This document shows, piece by piece, positions 41,498 through 51,859 of a stretch of 64,000 nucleotides of DNA. The notes under the pieces are model-generated. The model saw only the letters and a list, made by a program, of their open reading frames with translations, did not search any database and was not told the origin of the DNA. The stretch is taken from positions 1-64,000 of the forward strand of contig CAVZJV010000001.1 in assembly GCA_963775685.1 (NCBI GenBank), read 5' to 3'. Position 1 is the stretch's first letter. Each line of letters begins with the position of its first letter. This stretch comes from Candidatus Bathyarchaeota archaeon. GTDB taxonomy: Archaea; Thermoproteota; Bathyarchaeia; Bathyarchaeales; Bathycorpusculaceae. The position numbers and the translations under genes were made by a program.

Positions 41498-41671
41498 TCA
41501 TTGAAACGCTTGAAGGAAACAGAGTATTTCTGAATTTTGACTTACACTTGAACTATCAATTAGGTGAGCTGTACCGTCAGGGCAGTATACTTTGTCCCCT
41601 TTCCGGGTTTTTTGGTAGCGTCTGCTACACTCTCTAAGTTTTGAGCAACCATCACAATCTCTTGATAGCAT
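41498..41671 (-). CDS. Micro-ORF, 57-aa Cys4-His protein (MLSRDCDGCSKLRECSRRYQKTRKGDKVYCPDGTAHLIDSSSVSQNSEILCFLQAFQ)
   Basis: GAGGTGA SD before ATG; 27/39 aa identical to the 14912-15037 micro-ORF. Confidence 0.8.
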   Translation of the reverse strand: MLSRDCDGCSKLRECSRRYQKTRKGDKVYCPDGTAHLIDSSSVSQNSEILCFLQAFQ

Positions 41672-41833
41672 TCTTTCTTTTCACCTCTAATTATATTCAA
41701 GAGATACATCATCGCAGACACCTATAGAGATGGTCCCCATAAACTATATATAAAATATAGAAGCATGCAAAAAAATTGTTAAACCGCACGGCAACGTTTA
41801 AGAAACAAAGAAAACACTCAAACCCAGACATCA

Positions 41834-42490
41834 ATGAACTACAAACGATGGAAACCAAAAGGCATTTTTCTAGACTTAGACGGAACCATCGTAGATTCAA
41901 CAGGGGCCTACATTGAAGCCGCCAGAATTGCCTTCAAAGCCGCGAGCAAATCAATACCTGAAACAAGAGTTCTCCTTGAAATCCCAAAAAGAATAGAGCA
42001 ACACCTCACAATCGATGACTTAACACTTGGAAACACAAAAGATTTCATGCAAGTCTACCTAAAAGCGTACTATTCCGTAACGGAAACAAAAACTAAACTT
42101 ATGCCAAATGTTTCAGATACACTGCAGACATTCTCAGCAAGCGCGAAGCTTGCGTTAATAACTATGCGTCACTGTCCAAGCCAAGTCATCCAAAAAGAAC
42201 TTGACTATTTTGGCATCGCAAAATACTTCACTCACATAGTAACCGCCATGGATACCTCAAAGCCTAAACCTTCGCCTGAAGCATTAATCCGATGTGTAAA
42301 AGCTTTGGATCTTGAAATGTGTGATTGCATCATAGCTGGGGACTCAGTTAACGATGTGCGAGCCGGAAAAGCGGCAGGCGCAAGAACTGTTGCTTTGCTT
42401 TCAGGGTTGTTTGAACGTGACGAATTGGCCAGAGAATGCCCAGATTTGATATTGCCCAACCTCAATGCGCTTCCGGCGTTCATTGAGTAG
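41834..42490 (+). CDS. HAD-superfamily hydrolase (phosphoglycolate phosphatase-like)
   Basis: DLDGTIVDS, KPKPSPE, GDSVND. Confidence 0.9.
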   Translation: MNYKRWKPKGIFLDLDGTIVDSTGAYIEAARIAFKAASKSIPETRVLLEIPKRIEQHLTIDDLTLGNTKDFMQVYLKAYYSVTETKTKLMPNVSDTLQTFSASAKLALITMRHCPSQVIQKELDYFGIAKYFTHIVTAMDTSKPKPSPEALIRCVKALDLEMCDCIIAGDSVNDVRAGKAAGARTVALLSGLFERDELARECPDLILPNLNALPAFIE

Positions 42491-42589
42491 AACCTTTTCG
42501 GTATATCAGAATTTGATATATTGCTATAATCTGCTTAGGCAGTTATATGCGTAAGAAAAAATAAGGTTTAATTAAAACCTCAATCTTAA

Positions 42590-43246
42590 GTGACTATGGA
42601 GAAGGAGAAGGGCTTCGGAGCGGAAATCAGTATGAACTTTGTGGAGATTATGTTAGGGGAGAAATTGAAAGATGCGGATCCAGCTCTCGATATAATGGGG
42701 TCGGACCGTAAAGTATTACAGGTAGCCTGTCAGGACTTCACCAACTACCTAAAGTTCCATTGGAACCTAATAGGGAAAGAAGCAAACCAATGTGAACTAG
42801 TGGAAAAACTAGAGAAGCTTTTCAAGGAAGATGCCCAAGAATTGGATGCATTTTTGACCGTTTGGACAGGCATTTGGTTTAATAAATGGAAGGAACGGGT
42901 GAAATTGCTTATAGGCAATCAGAACGCCAACAAATGGAACAAGATGTCCAAAACACTCGCCAACGCCGAACCACTCTGGCGAAAAATCGAGCACAAACAA
43001 GAGCTACAAGAAATCGTGGTCTCAACTCTAATAAAGAATGGTGAGGTTTGCGGCACCGAAATCTTGGCAGAGAACCTCTTAAAAATGGAACTCGGAGAAA
43101 AAAACCTGCAGACCATCAGCGACAAAGAACGCCTATTTACAACTTTGAATAATGCATTACGGAAAGCTCGAGAAATGGCTCAAAGTAAAGGTCCACTAAT
43201 CTTTGTTAAAGTTGACAAAGGCTACTACAACCCATTCAACGAGTAA
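42590..43246 (+). CDS. Hypothetical protein
   Basis: 218-aa ORF with TATA-like upstream sequence and T-rich terminator; no motif recognised. Confidence 0.7.
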   Translation: MTMEKEKGFGAEISMNFVEIMLGEKLKDADPALDIMGSDRKVLQVACQDFTNYLKFHWNLIGKEANQCELVEKLEKLFKEDAQELDAFLTVWTGIWFNKWKERVKLLIGNQNANKWNKMSKTLANAEPLWRKIEHKQELQEIVVSTLIKNGEVCGTEILAENLLKMELGEKNLQTISDKERLFTTLNNALRKAREMAQSKGPLIFVKVDKGYYNPFNE

Positions 43247-43354
43247 GCAGCGTATTTTTTTTTCTTCCATTATTTTTTATTTTACGATTTTAACGCGATA
43301 TTACGAAAAATAAAAGATTAATAAATTGAAATTAGAAAAGTTGACTTTGGCAGT

Positions 43355-43543
43355 TTAGCATACTCTTTGTCTTTGCAGAGTCTTTGTCTGCCACTTATAA
43401 TGTCTAATAGTTGTGGTTTCCCCAAAACCGCAAGCCGCGCAACGCTTATGTCTTACATGGTATGCGCGTCTGCCGCAGCGCCTGCACATGATGTGTACAG
43501 TTTTTCCCTGGCGCTTGCCCATTGATGGAGTTCCTTTTCCCAT
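43355..43543 (-). CDS. rpl37e: 50S ribosomal protein L37e
   Basis: [23 protein letters not shown]. Confidence 0.96.
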   Translation of the reverse strand: MGKGTPSMGKRQGKTVHIMCRRCGRRAYHVRHKRCAACGFGETTTIRHYKWQTKTLQRQRVC

Positions 43544-43548
43544 TTAAC

Positions 43549-43776
43549 TCACCTTGGTGGGGGCGAAATAAGGACTACGTTGTCTCCGCGGACAATAATG
43601 AGTCCAAGTTTTCTTTGATCTTCAACGACAGTAGTGTCTTCTGTTTCTTCTAAAACAAGGTTTAAGTGCTGATCGAAACCCTTCAATCTGCCTCTAAGGC
43701 TTTTGCCGCCTTTTAAACGGACTAGCACGATTTTGCTGAGGTTTTGTTCAAGGATTTCAGTTGTCATTTCGCTCAT
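43549..43776 (-). CDS. Sm-like archaeal protein (LSm/SmAP)
   Basis: G.L.GFDQHLNLVL, IIVRGDNVVLISP; conserved adjacency to rpl37e. Confidence 0.95.
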   Translation of the reverse strand: MSEMTTEILEQNLSKIVLVRLKGGKSLRGRLKGFDQHLNLVLEETEDTTVVEDQRKLGLIIVRGDNVVLISPPPR

Positions 43777-43803
43777 ATAGGAATCCTCATGTATCTTATT
43801 CTC

Positions 43804-43848
43804 TTCTATACTTTATCTCTCCCAATTTAAACCTATCTCACGGACTCT
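43804..43848 (-). promoter_or_regulatory. Promoter of the LSm-rpl37e operon
   Basis: Purine-rich BRE-like GAGATAGG followed by TTTAAA ~50 nt upstream of ATG. Confidence 0.7.
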
Positions 43849-43950
43849 GAAAAAGAGACACCTAATAGAATATTTTTCGTAGGAAGAAAATGTTTGGTGT
43901 CTTTTGGTTTTTAATATGGTCTTTTGTTAACTCGTAAATTAATTCATAGA

Positions 43951-45625
43951 CTAATGCTCAGCCGGCAGATAAACTGAAAAAATAGTTCCAGTGTTAAGAG
44001 CACTCTTGACTTTAATTTTGCCTCCGTGGGCTTCTACTATTCTTTTACAGATTGACAATCCAATACCCATGCCTTTTGCTTTTGTGGTAAAGAATGGTGT
44101 CCAGAGCAATCTTAATGTCTCTTCAGACATTCCTTGTCCAGAGTCAGAAAAATCAACAATAACTTGATTTCTTACTTTTCTATTGGTTACTACTAGTTTC
44201 CCACCGTTGGGCATAGCATCAAATGCATTCTTGACTAAATTAGAGAAAACACGCTTGGTTTTTAATGAATCTACTAAAATAGAAAAATATCGCTTGACTC
44301 ATTAATCACTTGTATGTTACTGGGCACTATAAAGCTTGACAAAGAAGAATCAATCAATTTTTTAGGAGTAGTTTTAACCTTGTCCAACTTGATTTTGCTT
44401 GAAAAGTCAAGTAAATCTTGAACAATTTTATCGGAATAATCAACACAATTCTCAATCATTTTAATTGTTAACTTTCCGTTCTCATCCAAATTTTGTGAAT
44501 ATTTTTTCCTCAGAATATACGCAGAGTTCTTGATACCTGCAAGTGGATTTCTTAAGTCATGTGCCACCATTTTTGAGACATCATTCATCGCCTCAAACTT
44601 TTTGTTGAGAGTATCCTCTACTGCATTTGAGACGATTTCTATCTCTTCTGTTTGGAACTTGGACTTATTCTCACTCAGCTTTTGATTGAAAGGCATTGTT
44701 TTGACGGACGCGGACATCTTCTTGAGAGGTTTTATGATGCTTACTTCCAGCAGAACTAATATAACAGAGCCTATAGCAACTGAAAAGGCAATTGATGAAG
44801 CTAGAAATACATATTCGACCCATAATGCTTGTTGATAAGCTGTTCTTTCACTTAGAACTGTCAAGACAAAAAGCGGCTTAGAGTGAAAATCATTAAGGGA
44901 TAAATATCCGGAAACAACTTTGCTGTTCGCGTTTATTATGCTAACTTGGGGATTTGTAAGCAATAAATTTGCAGTCTGACTATTCGCCTGTGACAATTGA
45001 GAGAGAGGTTTAATATCGAAAGTAAGGTTAGTGATTGATTCTAAACTTGAAAGTTCTGGTTCATCTAAAGTATTTTCCAAACAGCATTCCGCCCCTTGCT
45101 GGTCCTTCACCTATACCAGTTAAGATGGGGGCGATTGCCATCATCATTGGTTGATTATCAAGGAGAATTAGCCCTGAAACTGCTGTATTTCGTGATGAGT
45201 ACTCCCCGATGTATGATGAAAGAGTCTGTTTCGTTTCTTGAGAGGTTAGGCTTTTACCCGAATTATTGAGGTCATAGGATTGCATATAAACTACGTTTTT
45301 GTTGTTGTCCATAATCGCAACTATGTTTAGTTTTAAATTTTGAAACGTCGAATCAATAAAATTAGTGTCAACAAATTGCTGGTTTTGGTTTTGAACAAAG
45401 TTGTAAGTTTCATCCCAACTTGCATAGTCTACCAAATTAGTTTCTACCTGTGAAAGACGATAATTTAATGAAGTCAAGGCTTGGTTGAGGTTTTGTTGGT
45501 TTTTTTCCTTGTCTAAAACTTCAAACCCTGGAGTAATAACAAAAACTGCTACTTAAATGAAGTAAAAGAAAAGTAACTAGAGCAATAAATACAATTAGGA
45601 TAGCACTTTTTGTCCTAATTTTCAT
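43951..45625 (-). pseudogene. CHASE4-domain sensor histidine kinase with several frameshifts (pseudogene or sequencing errors)
   Basis: DYASWDETY (CHASE4), AHDLRNPL, NLVKNAFDAM, DSGQG, FFTTK..GMGIGL in four different frame segments. Confidence 0.8.
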
Positions 45626-46081
45626 GACCATATTTCCTGTAGACTCTTTAATTCAAACTATTTCTAATTTAAGTCTAGTGGATTTAAAATATTGTCAGAC
45701 AGTGTTACTCTAAAAACTCAACTTGTACTCTTTCATCTTATTTAACGAATAACTTTTTCGCATATAGCATGAAAACAATACCAAAGGATTTAATGCTGAC
45801 CGCTTTTATGGCAGCCTAACTCTTCTTCACATTCGCCAGAAAACAATCTGAACAAACCTAAAACAATAACCCGCCAATTGCACTCACAACCCAATCTTGA
45901 AAAATACACATCACAACCACATCCTCCCCACCCAACAGTGATCACAACATGGAAGATAACCACAACCAACCCCAACGCAATCCAAAAACAAACAAAAACC
46001 AACTAGAAACCTACAAAACAAAAAACAAGAAACAATGGAAATCTCAACTTAAAGCATAACATTTGACCAAACAGCAGAGTA

Positions 46082-46750
46082 ATGTTCAAAAGCAACATTT
46101 CAACACTCCAATTTTCAATGATACCTGTTCTGAATGTTAATTGGCAAAGCCATCTAGCCGACTACAGCCTTAGCGAGCGCGACGCTGATGTGTTGGCGCT
46201 TATCGAAAACGAAGACTTAGCCACCTTTACATTCGACGGACTCAAAAGAAGGACAGGCCTACATCCTGAAACGCTCTCACGCATATTAAGCCGCCTCGAA
46301 GAAGAAGGCATAATCAAAAAAGAACACACAGGATACCGTGTAACCCCAAAAATAACCGAACTCAAACTTCATACCCTAAGAAAAGAAAAGCCCACAACCC
46401 CGCTTATACAGACTTTTCTGCCCTCTGACCTTATGACCCAACAGCTAATCCTCAACCTCAAAGGTAAATGGTTTGGCTTGCTCCGTTGGCTTGGCATATC
46501 CGAAAACAGCCAAGGCGTAACCCTCAAATGGATTACAGAGGACGGCGCAATCCAGATAGCTGCAAACATTCAAGGCACGGCACTCAACATAGAAGCAAAA
46601 TTCTTAACAAGCAACAACCTCAACTTAGCGTTGAAGGCTTCTTACCAGTTGATGTCGCTGATTGGTAAAATGTGCATAAACTCCCAATTGTCTAGACCAG
46701 CTATAGCCAGAAACGTTGGATACTTTGGCGGCTCAATGATGCCAGCCTAA
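46082..46750 (+). CDS. Helix-turn-helix domain protein (putative regulator)
   Basis: FDGLKRRTGLHPETLSRIL.RLEEEGII wHTH. Confidence 0.7.
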   Translation: MFKSNISTLQFSMIPVLNVNWQSHLADYSLSERDADVLALIENEDLATFTFDGLKRRTGLHPETLSRILSRLEEEGIIKKEHTGYRVTPKITELKLHTLRKEKPTTPLIQTFLPSDLMTQQLILNLKGKWFGLLRWLGISENSQGVTLKWITEDGAIQIAANIQGTALNIEAKFLTSNNLNLALKASYQLMSLIGKMCINSQLSRPAIARNVGYFGGSMMPA

Positions 46751-46811
46751 ATTTTGTGACTGACTTTGCGGGTTCCTTAGTCAACAAATACCTTTTTGTA
46801 CTTATACTCTT

Positions 46812-47759
46812 TTGGAGAAAAACCAAATGAGTCAACTAACTAACCCATTAGAGGTCCTAAAATCTCTCTCAGACGCAACAAGTTTGCTCATCAAGAAAAT
46901 TTCTCAGTCGGTGGTGAGCGTCAAAGCACAGATGTCAAGGGGCACTGGCGTTGTCATAACCAAAGACGGTTACATTATCACCTGCAATCACGTACTTCAA
47001 GGATGCGGCACCCTCAAAATCGGCCAAGGAGAAAAAACCTTCAACACAAAAATCGTAGGCACGGATCCATACAACGACGTGGCTTTACTTAAAGCAGAGC
47101 AAGGGGAATTTACGCCCATCGAAATGGGAGATTCCGAGAAACTCAGTGTAGGCCAATACGTTCTGGCTCTTGCTAACCCGTTTAACAGAAATCAACCAAC
47201 CGCCACCAGCGGCATGGTCACCAGCGTAAACAGCACAATCCGAGGCTGGCGGGGGGCATCTGCAATGGAGAATGTCATAGCGACCGACGCCCAACTAAAC
47301 CCGGGCTTTAGCGGCGGACCACTCATAGACTCCCAAGGCAGGCTAATCGGCATAAACACTGCTTACGTTTGGCAAAGAGGCATCGCCATTCCCGTAAACA
47401 AGGTCAAAGGCATCGCCGACCGCTTGATGACTGGAAGAGTAGCGCAAAGAGGATATCTGGGCATAGTCGCTAACACAGTGGCTATCCCTGAGGAAATCGC
47501 TGAAGCAGCACACTTAGAACAGGAAACCGGCGTCATGATCTTTAGCGTTGAAGCAGGCTCACCCGCACGCAAAGCAGGCTTAGCCATGGGTGACGTCCTT
47601 GTCAAATTCAACGGCAAACCGGTTACCGAATTCTACGACTTACCAAGGCTTTTAAACGAAGATGTGATTGACAAAGAAACCAAACTGACCATCATCCGCA
47701 AAGAGAGCCTCATCGAAACAACCATAACCCCAACAGTTCACGGAGGCGAAGAAGACTGA
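46812..47759 (+). CDS. HtrA/DegP-like trypsin protease with PDZ domain
   Basis: GTGVV, TCNHV, DVALL, TDAQLNPGFSGGPL, GYLGI...SPA.KAGL..GD. Confidence 0.92.
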   Translation: MEKNQMSQLTNPLEVLKSLSDATSLLIKKISQSVVSVKAQMSRGTGVVITKDGYIITCNHVLQGCGTLKIGQGEKTFNTKIVGTDPYNDVALLKAEQGEFTPIEMGDSEKLSVGQYVLALANPFNRNQPTATSGMVTSVNSTIRGWRGASAMENVIATDAQLNPGFSGGPLIDSQGRLIGINTAYVWQRGIAIPVNKVKGIADRLMTGRVAQRGYLGIVANTVAIPEEIAEAAHLEQETGVMIFSVEAGSPARKAGLAMGDVLVKFNGKPVTEFYDLPRLLNEDVIDKETKLTIIRKESLIETTITPTVHGGEED

Positions 47760-47767
47760 TAAGCAAA

Positions 47768-47899
47768 ATGCCCCTCGAGATTGACCCGCCCTCTCCGATG
47801 CCGACACCGCCGCTACGCCGAAGACCATCACCTATGCCACAGCTAAAAAACGCTTACGCTGTTGCACTAACTGTTCCTTTCCCTTCTGTTTTTGATTAG
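47768..47899 (+). CDS. Possible 43-aa proline-rich micro-ORF
   Basis: ATG 8 nt after htrA stop; MPLEIDPPSPMPTPPLRRRPSPMPQLKNAYAVALTVPFPSVFD; T-rich tract follows. Confidence 0.4.
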   Translation: MPLEIDPPSPMPTPPLRRRPSPMPQLKNAYAVALTVPFPSVFD

Positions 47900-47972
47900 A
47901 GAGCAAAATTTCTCTTTTCTTTTTTTAATTAGCTTATAAGCAAATTAAGCTTATCAATAGATGGGGATTTGA

Positions 47973-48368
47973 ATGCATGCTGGATTTGTCTTTGCCATTG
48001 GCATTTTAATTATGATTGCAGCGTTTCTGTTTTTCGCTGGAATCTCAGGAACCACATTTTATGGATTAGCTGTGTCGGTTGAAGTAAGTATTGGAATAAC
48101 CCTCATCGTCGTTGCTTTGATTATCATCGTCATAGTCTCCATGGGAGTTAAAGCCCAGTTTAGACGGATAAAAACTGGCAAAGAAGCCTTAATCGGTGCC
48201 TCAGGCATTGCAATAACTGACCTTAAACCTAAAGGCGAAGTTCGTGTGATGGGTGAGTTCTGGGAAGCCATAGCCCAAAATGGCGAAATTGCCGCTGGTC
48301 AAGCGGTGGAAGTCGTAGGCATGGAAGGCATGTTTCTTGTGGTAAAACCAGTCGAGCAAAAAGCTTAA
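47973..48368 (+). CDS. NfeD-family (C-terminal OB-fold) membrane protein
   Basis: TG.E.LIG..G....L.P.G.V.V.GE.W.A, V.VVG.EG..L.V. Confidence 0.88.
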   Translation: MHAGFVFAIGILIMIAAFLFFAGISGTTFYGLAVSVEVSIGITLIVVALIIIVIVSMGVKAQFRRIKTGKEALIGASGIAITDLKPKGEVRVMGEFWEAIAQNGEIAAGQAVEVVGMEGMFLVVKPVEQKA

Positions 48369-48407
48369 TTCTCCAGCGATAGAATACACCTAGTTGAGGA
48401 ATGAAGT

Positions 48408-49271
48408 TTGGTTGATGTTTTAACGCCTATTATCGGTTTCATAGTCATTGTTGTTGTACTTTTCCTGTTAAGTGGCATTCGCGTCTTAAGAGAATGGGAA
48501 CGTATGCCCGTTTTAAGGCTCGGACGTTACGTAGGCTTGAAGGGTCCAGGAATCATATATCTTGTTCCCTTAATCGATAGAGCACCCTTAAAAATCTCCA
48601 CAAGGTTAGACACTATACAATTCCGCACGGAATCAACTTTAACAAAAGACAACGTACCCGTAAATGTCGACTCAGTTTTGTATATGAAACCCGTTGATTT
48701 GGAGAAAGCGGTTCTGCAAGTAGAAAACTACTATCAAGCCACGCAGCTAGCATCACAAACAACTCTTCGGGAAGTTATAGGTAAAGTTAGCCTCAATGAA
48801 TTACTGGCTGAACGCGAAAAAGTCGGAGCCCACCTTCGCGAAATCATAGATGAAAAAACCGAAGCTTGGGGCATAAAAGCCACTGCTGTCGAAGTCCGAG
48901 ATGTCATTATCCCAGCCAACCTACAAGACGCCATGAGTCGCCAAGCACAAGCTGAACGAGAACGCATTGCAAGAGTCACCCTAGCCACAGCTGAGTTTGA
49001 AGCATCAGCAAAAATGATTGAAGCCGCAAAAATGTATGAGTCAAGCGAACAAGGTCTACGTTTAAGATGGATGAACATTATCTACGAACTTGGCCAACAA
49101 GCCGGTACAAACACAATAATGCTAATTCCCTCCTCTATGCCTGAAGCCGGTTGGCCACCTGTTGGCACGTTTGGTTTCAAAGAACTGCCCAAAGGCCAAC
49201 CAGGGGAGAAACCAGCAAAGAAACCCGTGGCCAGAGCTGAACCACCTCTATCTGAAGAACCGGAAGAATAA
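48408..49271 (+). CDS. SPFH/band-7 (slipin/stomatin-like) protein
   Basis: ER..V.RLG, TKDNVPV.VD, QTTLR.VIG, WGI....VE. Confidence 0.92.
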   Translation: MVDVLTPIIGFIVIVVVLFLLSGIRVLREWERMPVLRLGRYVGLKGPGIIYLVPLIDRAPLKISTRLDTIQFRTESTLTKDNVPVNVDSVLYMKPVDLEKAVLQVENYYQATQLASQTTLREVIGKVSLNELLAEREKVGAHLREIIDEKTEAWGIKATAVEVRDVIIPANLQDAMSRQAQAERERIARVTLATAEFEASAKMIEAAKMYESSEQGLRLRWMNIIYELGQQAGTNTIMLIPSSMPEAGWPPVGTFGFKELPKGQPGEKPAKKPVARAEPPLSEEPEE

Positions 49272-49275
49272 GAGC

Positions 49276-50298
49276 TTAAGCGGTTCTTACTGCTTCAACG
49301 GTACGCTTCAAAAGTAATTCAGTTGCATCCTGGCTTGGCCAGCTGCCTAAACCGCAGTCGGGACCCGTGAAAGTCATGCACGCGCCAAACTTTTCTTTGG
49401 CAAAAACAAACCTTTTCTTCATCGTTTCCACATTTTCAACTAATTGTTCAGTTGACGGCTGGGTTATGCCTTTCTCGTAGAGTTCAGCCCAGATAGTATC
49501 TATGTCTGTTCTGGTGATACCCACGCGTATCTGTTTGTCAGCTTTTTCCAGAACGCTTTTGGAGACAGCTTCAATATTTTTTGGGGATGCAGCGTACTCA
49601 AAAGATAAAACATCAAGACCTTTTACCGAAAGCAAATCGTGCACTCCCGATGCAAAGTGTAAGTGAATCTGTTTTATGGGTCCTTGAAAGTCGTAGGCTT
49701 TTTCAAGTGTTTGATGAACCAACTCAGGGGAGCCTGAAAAACTGCTGTGGCCAAGGCTTGGTTCGTCGATGGATATGACTCTGGTTTCTATGTACTTGTT
49801 GTTTAGGATGCTGTTTTTTGCGAATCGGTTTATCGTTTGAGCAAACCCTTCAAGCACATCTGGATAAGCTGTTGCGCCCACTTCAGATAGGTATTGCTCT
49901 ATTGGACCAAAAATTGAAACCCGCAATTGAATCTTTTTGCCGAACTCCTCGCTTAGGCTCTTAGCTTCTTGGTTTAACACGTAAATTTCTGGAAGAAACG
50001 CCATCTCCTCTTCAACGACGAAGGAGCCCTTCTCCATTGCTGCATGGACAGCATCGCCGACTTGTCTGATTCCGCTGAAATGTTGAGGAAAATTTGCGAC
50101 ATCTAACCCACATGCCAGCTTTTTCTTAAACGACTCAACAACGACGTTGTAAAAGTTTTTTTGAGTAAAATCTTCTTTTGACGGGTCTTGTTGGTTGATT
50201 ATTGCTTCTCTTGCAAGCTCGTAGGCTTTAGCGTACGCTTCTCTTTTGATTCCAGCCGGTAAAGGAAAACTGCCAATATCGTCAACTAAAGTGTCCAT
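49276..50298 (-). CDS. MetE C-terminal/URO-D-like single-barrel protein (core methionine synthase-like)
   Basis: DIGSFP, IDEPSL, GPDCGL motifs. Confidence 0.7.
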   Translation of the reverse strand: MDTLVDDIGSFPLPAGIKREAYAKAYELAREAIINQQDPSKEDFTQKNFYNVVVESFKKKLACGLDVANFPQHFSGIRQVGDAVHAAMEKGSFVVEEEMAFLPEIYVLNQEAKSLSEEFGKKIQLRVSIFGPIEQYLSEVGATAYPDVLEGFAQTINRFAKNSILNNKYIETRVISIDEPSLGHSSFSGSPELVHQTLEKAYDFQGPIKQIHLHFASGVHDLLSVKGLDVLSFEYAASPKNIEAVSKSVLEKADKQIRVGITRTDIDTIWAELYEKGITQPSTEQLVENVETMKKRFVFAKEKFGACMTFTGPDCGLGSWPSQDATELLLKRTVEAVRTA

Positions 50299-50370
50299 AA
50301 AGTATTATTGACTGGCGAAATTGTATTAAAGGTATATGCTACCAACAAACCGCTGAAAGGTATGAACGCA

Positions 50371-50794
50371 ATGTCTGACTGTATATTCTGCCAGATAATC
50401 AAAAAACAAGCCCCTGCCTAGCATAGTCTACGAGGATGAACAGGTTGTGGCGTTTTTGAGTAACCGCCCAGTAAACGAGGGACACACACTTGTGGTTCCC
50501 AAAAAACACTACGAGAACATCTATGGGATTTCTGAGGAGGAAGCGGCTTACTTGTTTAAGGTTGTTAAGCGGGTTGCGCACGCCGTTAGGGATGCAACGG
50601 ATGCTCAGGGGATCAGGATTGTGCAGAATAATGATTGGGCGGCTGGACAAGTGGTTTTTCACTTGCATGTGCATGTGATTCCTATGGAGCCAAATGAGGG
50701 CTTCATTCATGGCAAGGCTTTTCGAGATCACACAAATCCACGAAGTTCAGAGGAATTGGAAAAAGATGCGGAAAGAATAATTCAGCACCTTTAA
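50371..50794 (+). CDS. HIT-family protein (frameshift ~50419)
   Basis: MSDCIFCQII upstream in another frame; GHTLVVPK.H, HLHVHVIP. Confidence 0.9.
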
Positions 50795-51003
50795 AACCCC
50801 AAATCGCTGGGATGGATCTACCATTACATTCTGGCTCGGTGTTCCAATGAATATAAGTTACCTTAGTCGGTTACGGTGATGTTTTGTCCATTTAAGATTA
50901 CAATTAATGTAGAACGGGTTAAGGTGATGTTTTCCAAAGCGTTGTCGTTCGTAAGCCCAGAATGTCTAAAGGTTGAGAAAGTTCTTTTTATGATGAACGA
51001 GAA

Positions 51004-51633
51004 ATGAATCAAAACCACAACCCTAAAACCGTTTACTGGCTTGACAATACACTTTACCTAAACATTACGAATCAATGCTCAAACAACTGTTATTTCTGTT
51101 TTAAACGTTATAAGCATGGAGTTGGCGGATTCAACCTTAAACTTATCCAGGAACCAACCGTAGAAGAAGTCAAAACTGAAATAGAGGAGGTTTTACGAAT
51201 TCGCAGTTGGGACGGGTTGGTTTTCTGCGGTTTTGGTGAGCCTACAAAACGGCTTGATATGTTGCTTGAAGTTGCCAGATGGACAAGAGATCACCATGGA
51301 AGACCCCTGAAAACTCGTTTGGACACAAACGGGCATGGCTATGTGCTAAATCCCGGCAGGAATGTTGCAGCGGAGTTGAAGGCAGTTGGCGTCGAGAAAG
51401 TGAGCGTAAGCCTAAACGCCGGAGATAGTAAAACTTACCTGGAGATTTGCAAGCCAACATTCTCAGACTCATTCGAAGCAGTTATTGATTTTGTCTGCAA
51501 AGCCAAGTTGCTTCTCGAAGTTGAGGTTTCGGTTGTTAGACTGACTGAAGTAGATTTGAGTAAAGCCCAAGAGATTGCAGACAGTTTGGGCGTTAAACTC
51601 AAAGTCCGAGATTACATTCCATGCTTCTACTGA
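51004..51633 (+). CDS. TatD-associated radical SAM protein
   Basis: LYLNITN.C...C.FC, VFCGFGEPT, TNGHG, SVSLN. Confidence 0.85.
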   Translation: MNQNHNPKTVYWLDNTLYLNITNQCSNNCYFCFKRYKHGVGGFNLKLIQEPTVEEVKTEIEEVLRIRSWDGLVFCGFGEPTKRLDMLLEVARWTRDHHGRPLKTRLDTNGHGYVLNPGRNVAAELKAVGVEKVSVSLNAGDSKTYLEICKPTFSDSFEAVIDFVCKAKLLLEVEVSVVRLTEVDLSKAQEIADSLGVKLKVRDYIPCFY

Positions 51634-51859
51634 TTTTACAAACCTAAGAACCGTTTTTTAGTGCCCACTTCATACGACAAAACACTAAATCCTGGGCGAA
51701 AATGTTTTAAATCAAAACCGCCAATTTCAACGCCGGAGCTATTCATGAGGAAAACATTGCTCTTTGAGTTCGACGTGCCTTGCTACAGAAAACGCGCATT
51801 CGGACTTTCAGCCAAAAATAAACAACCAAGATAAACCAAATACTTGAGGCGAATTAAAC

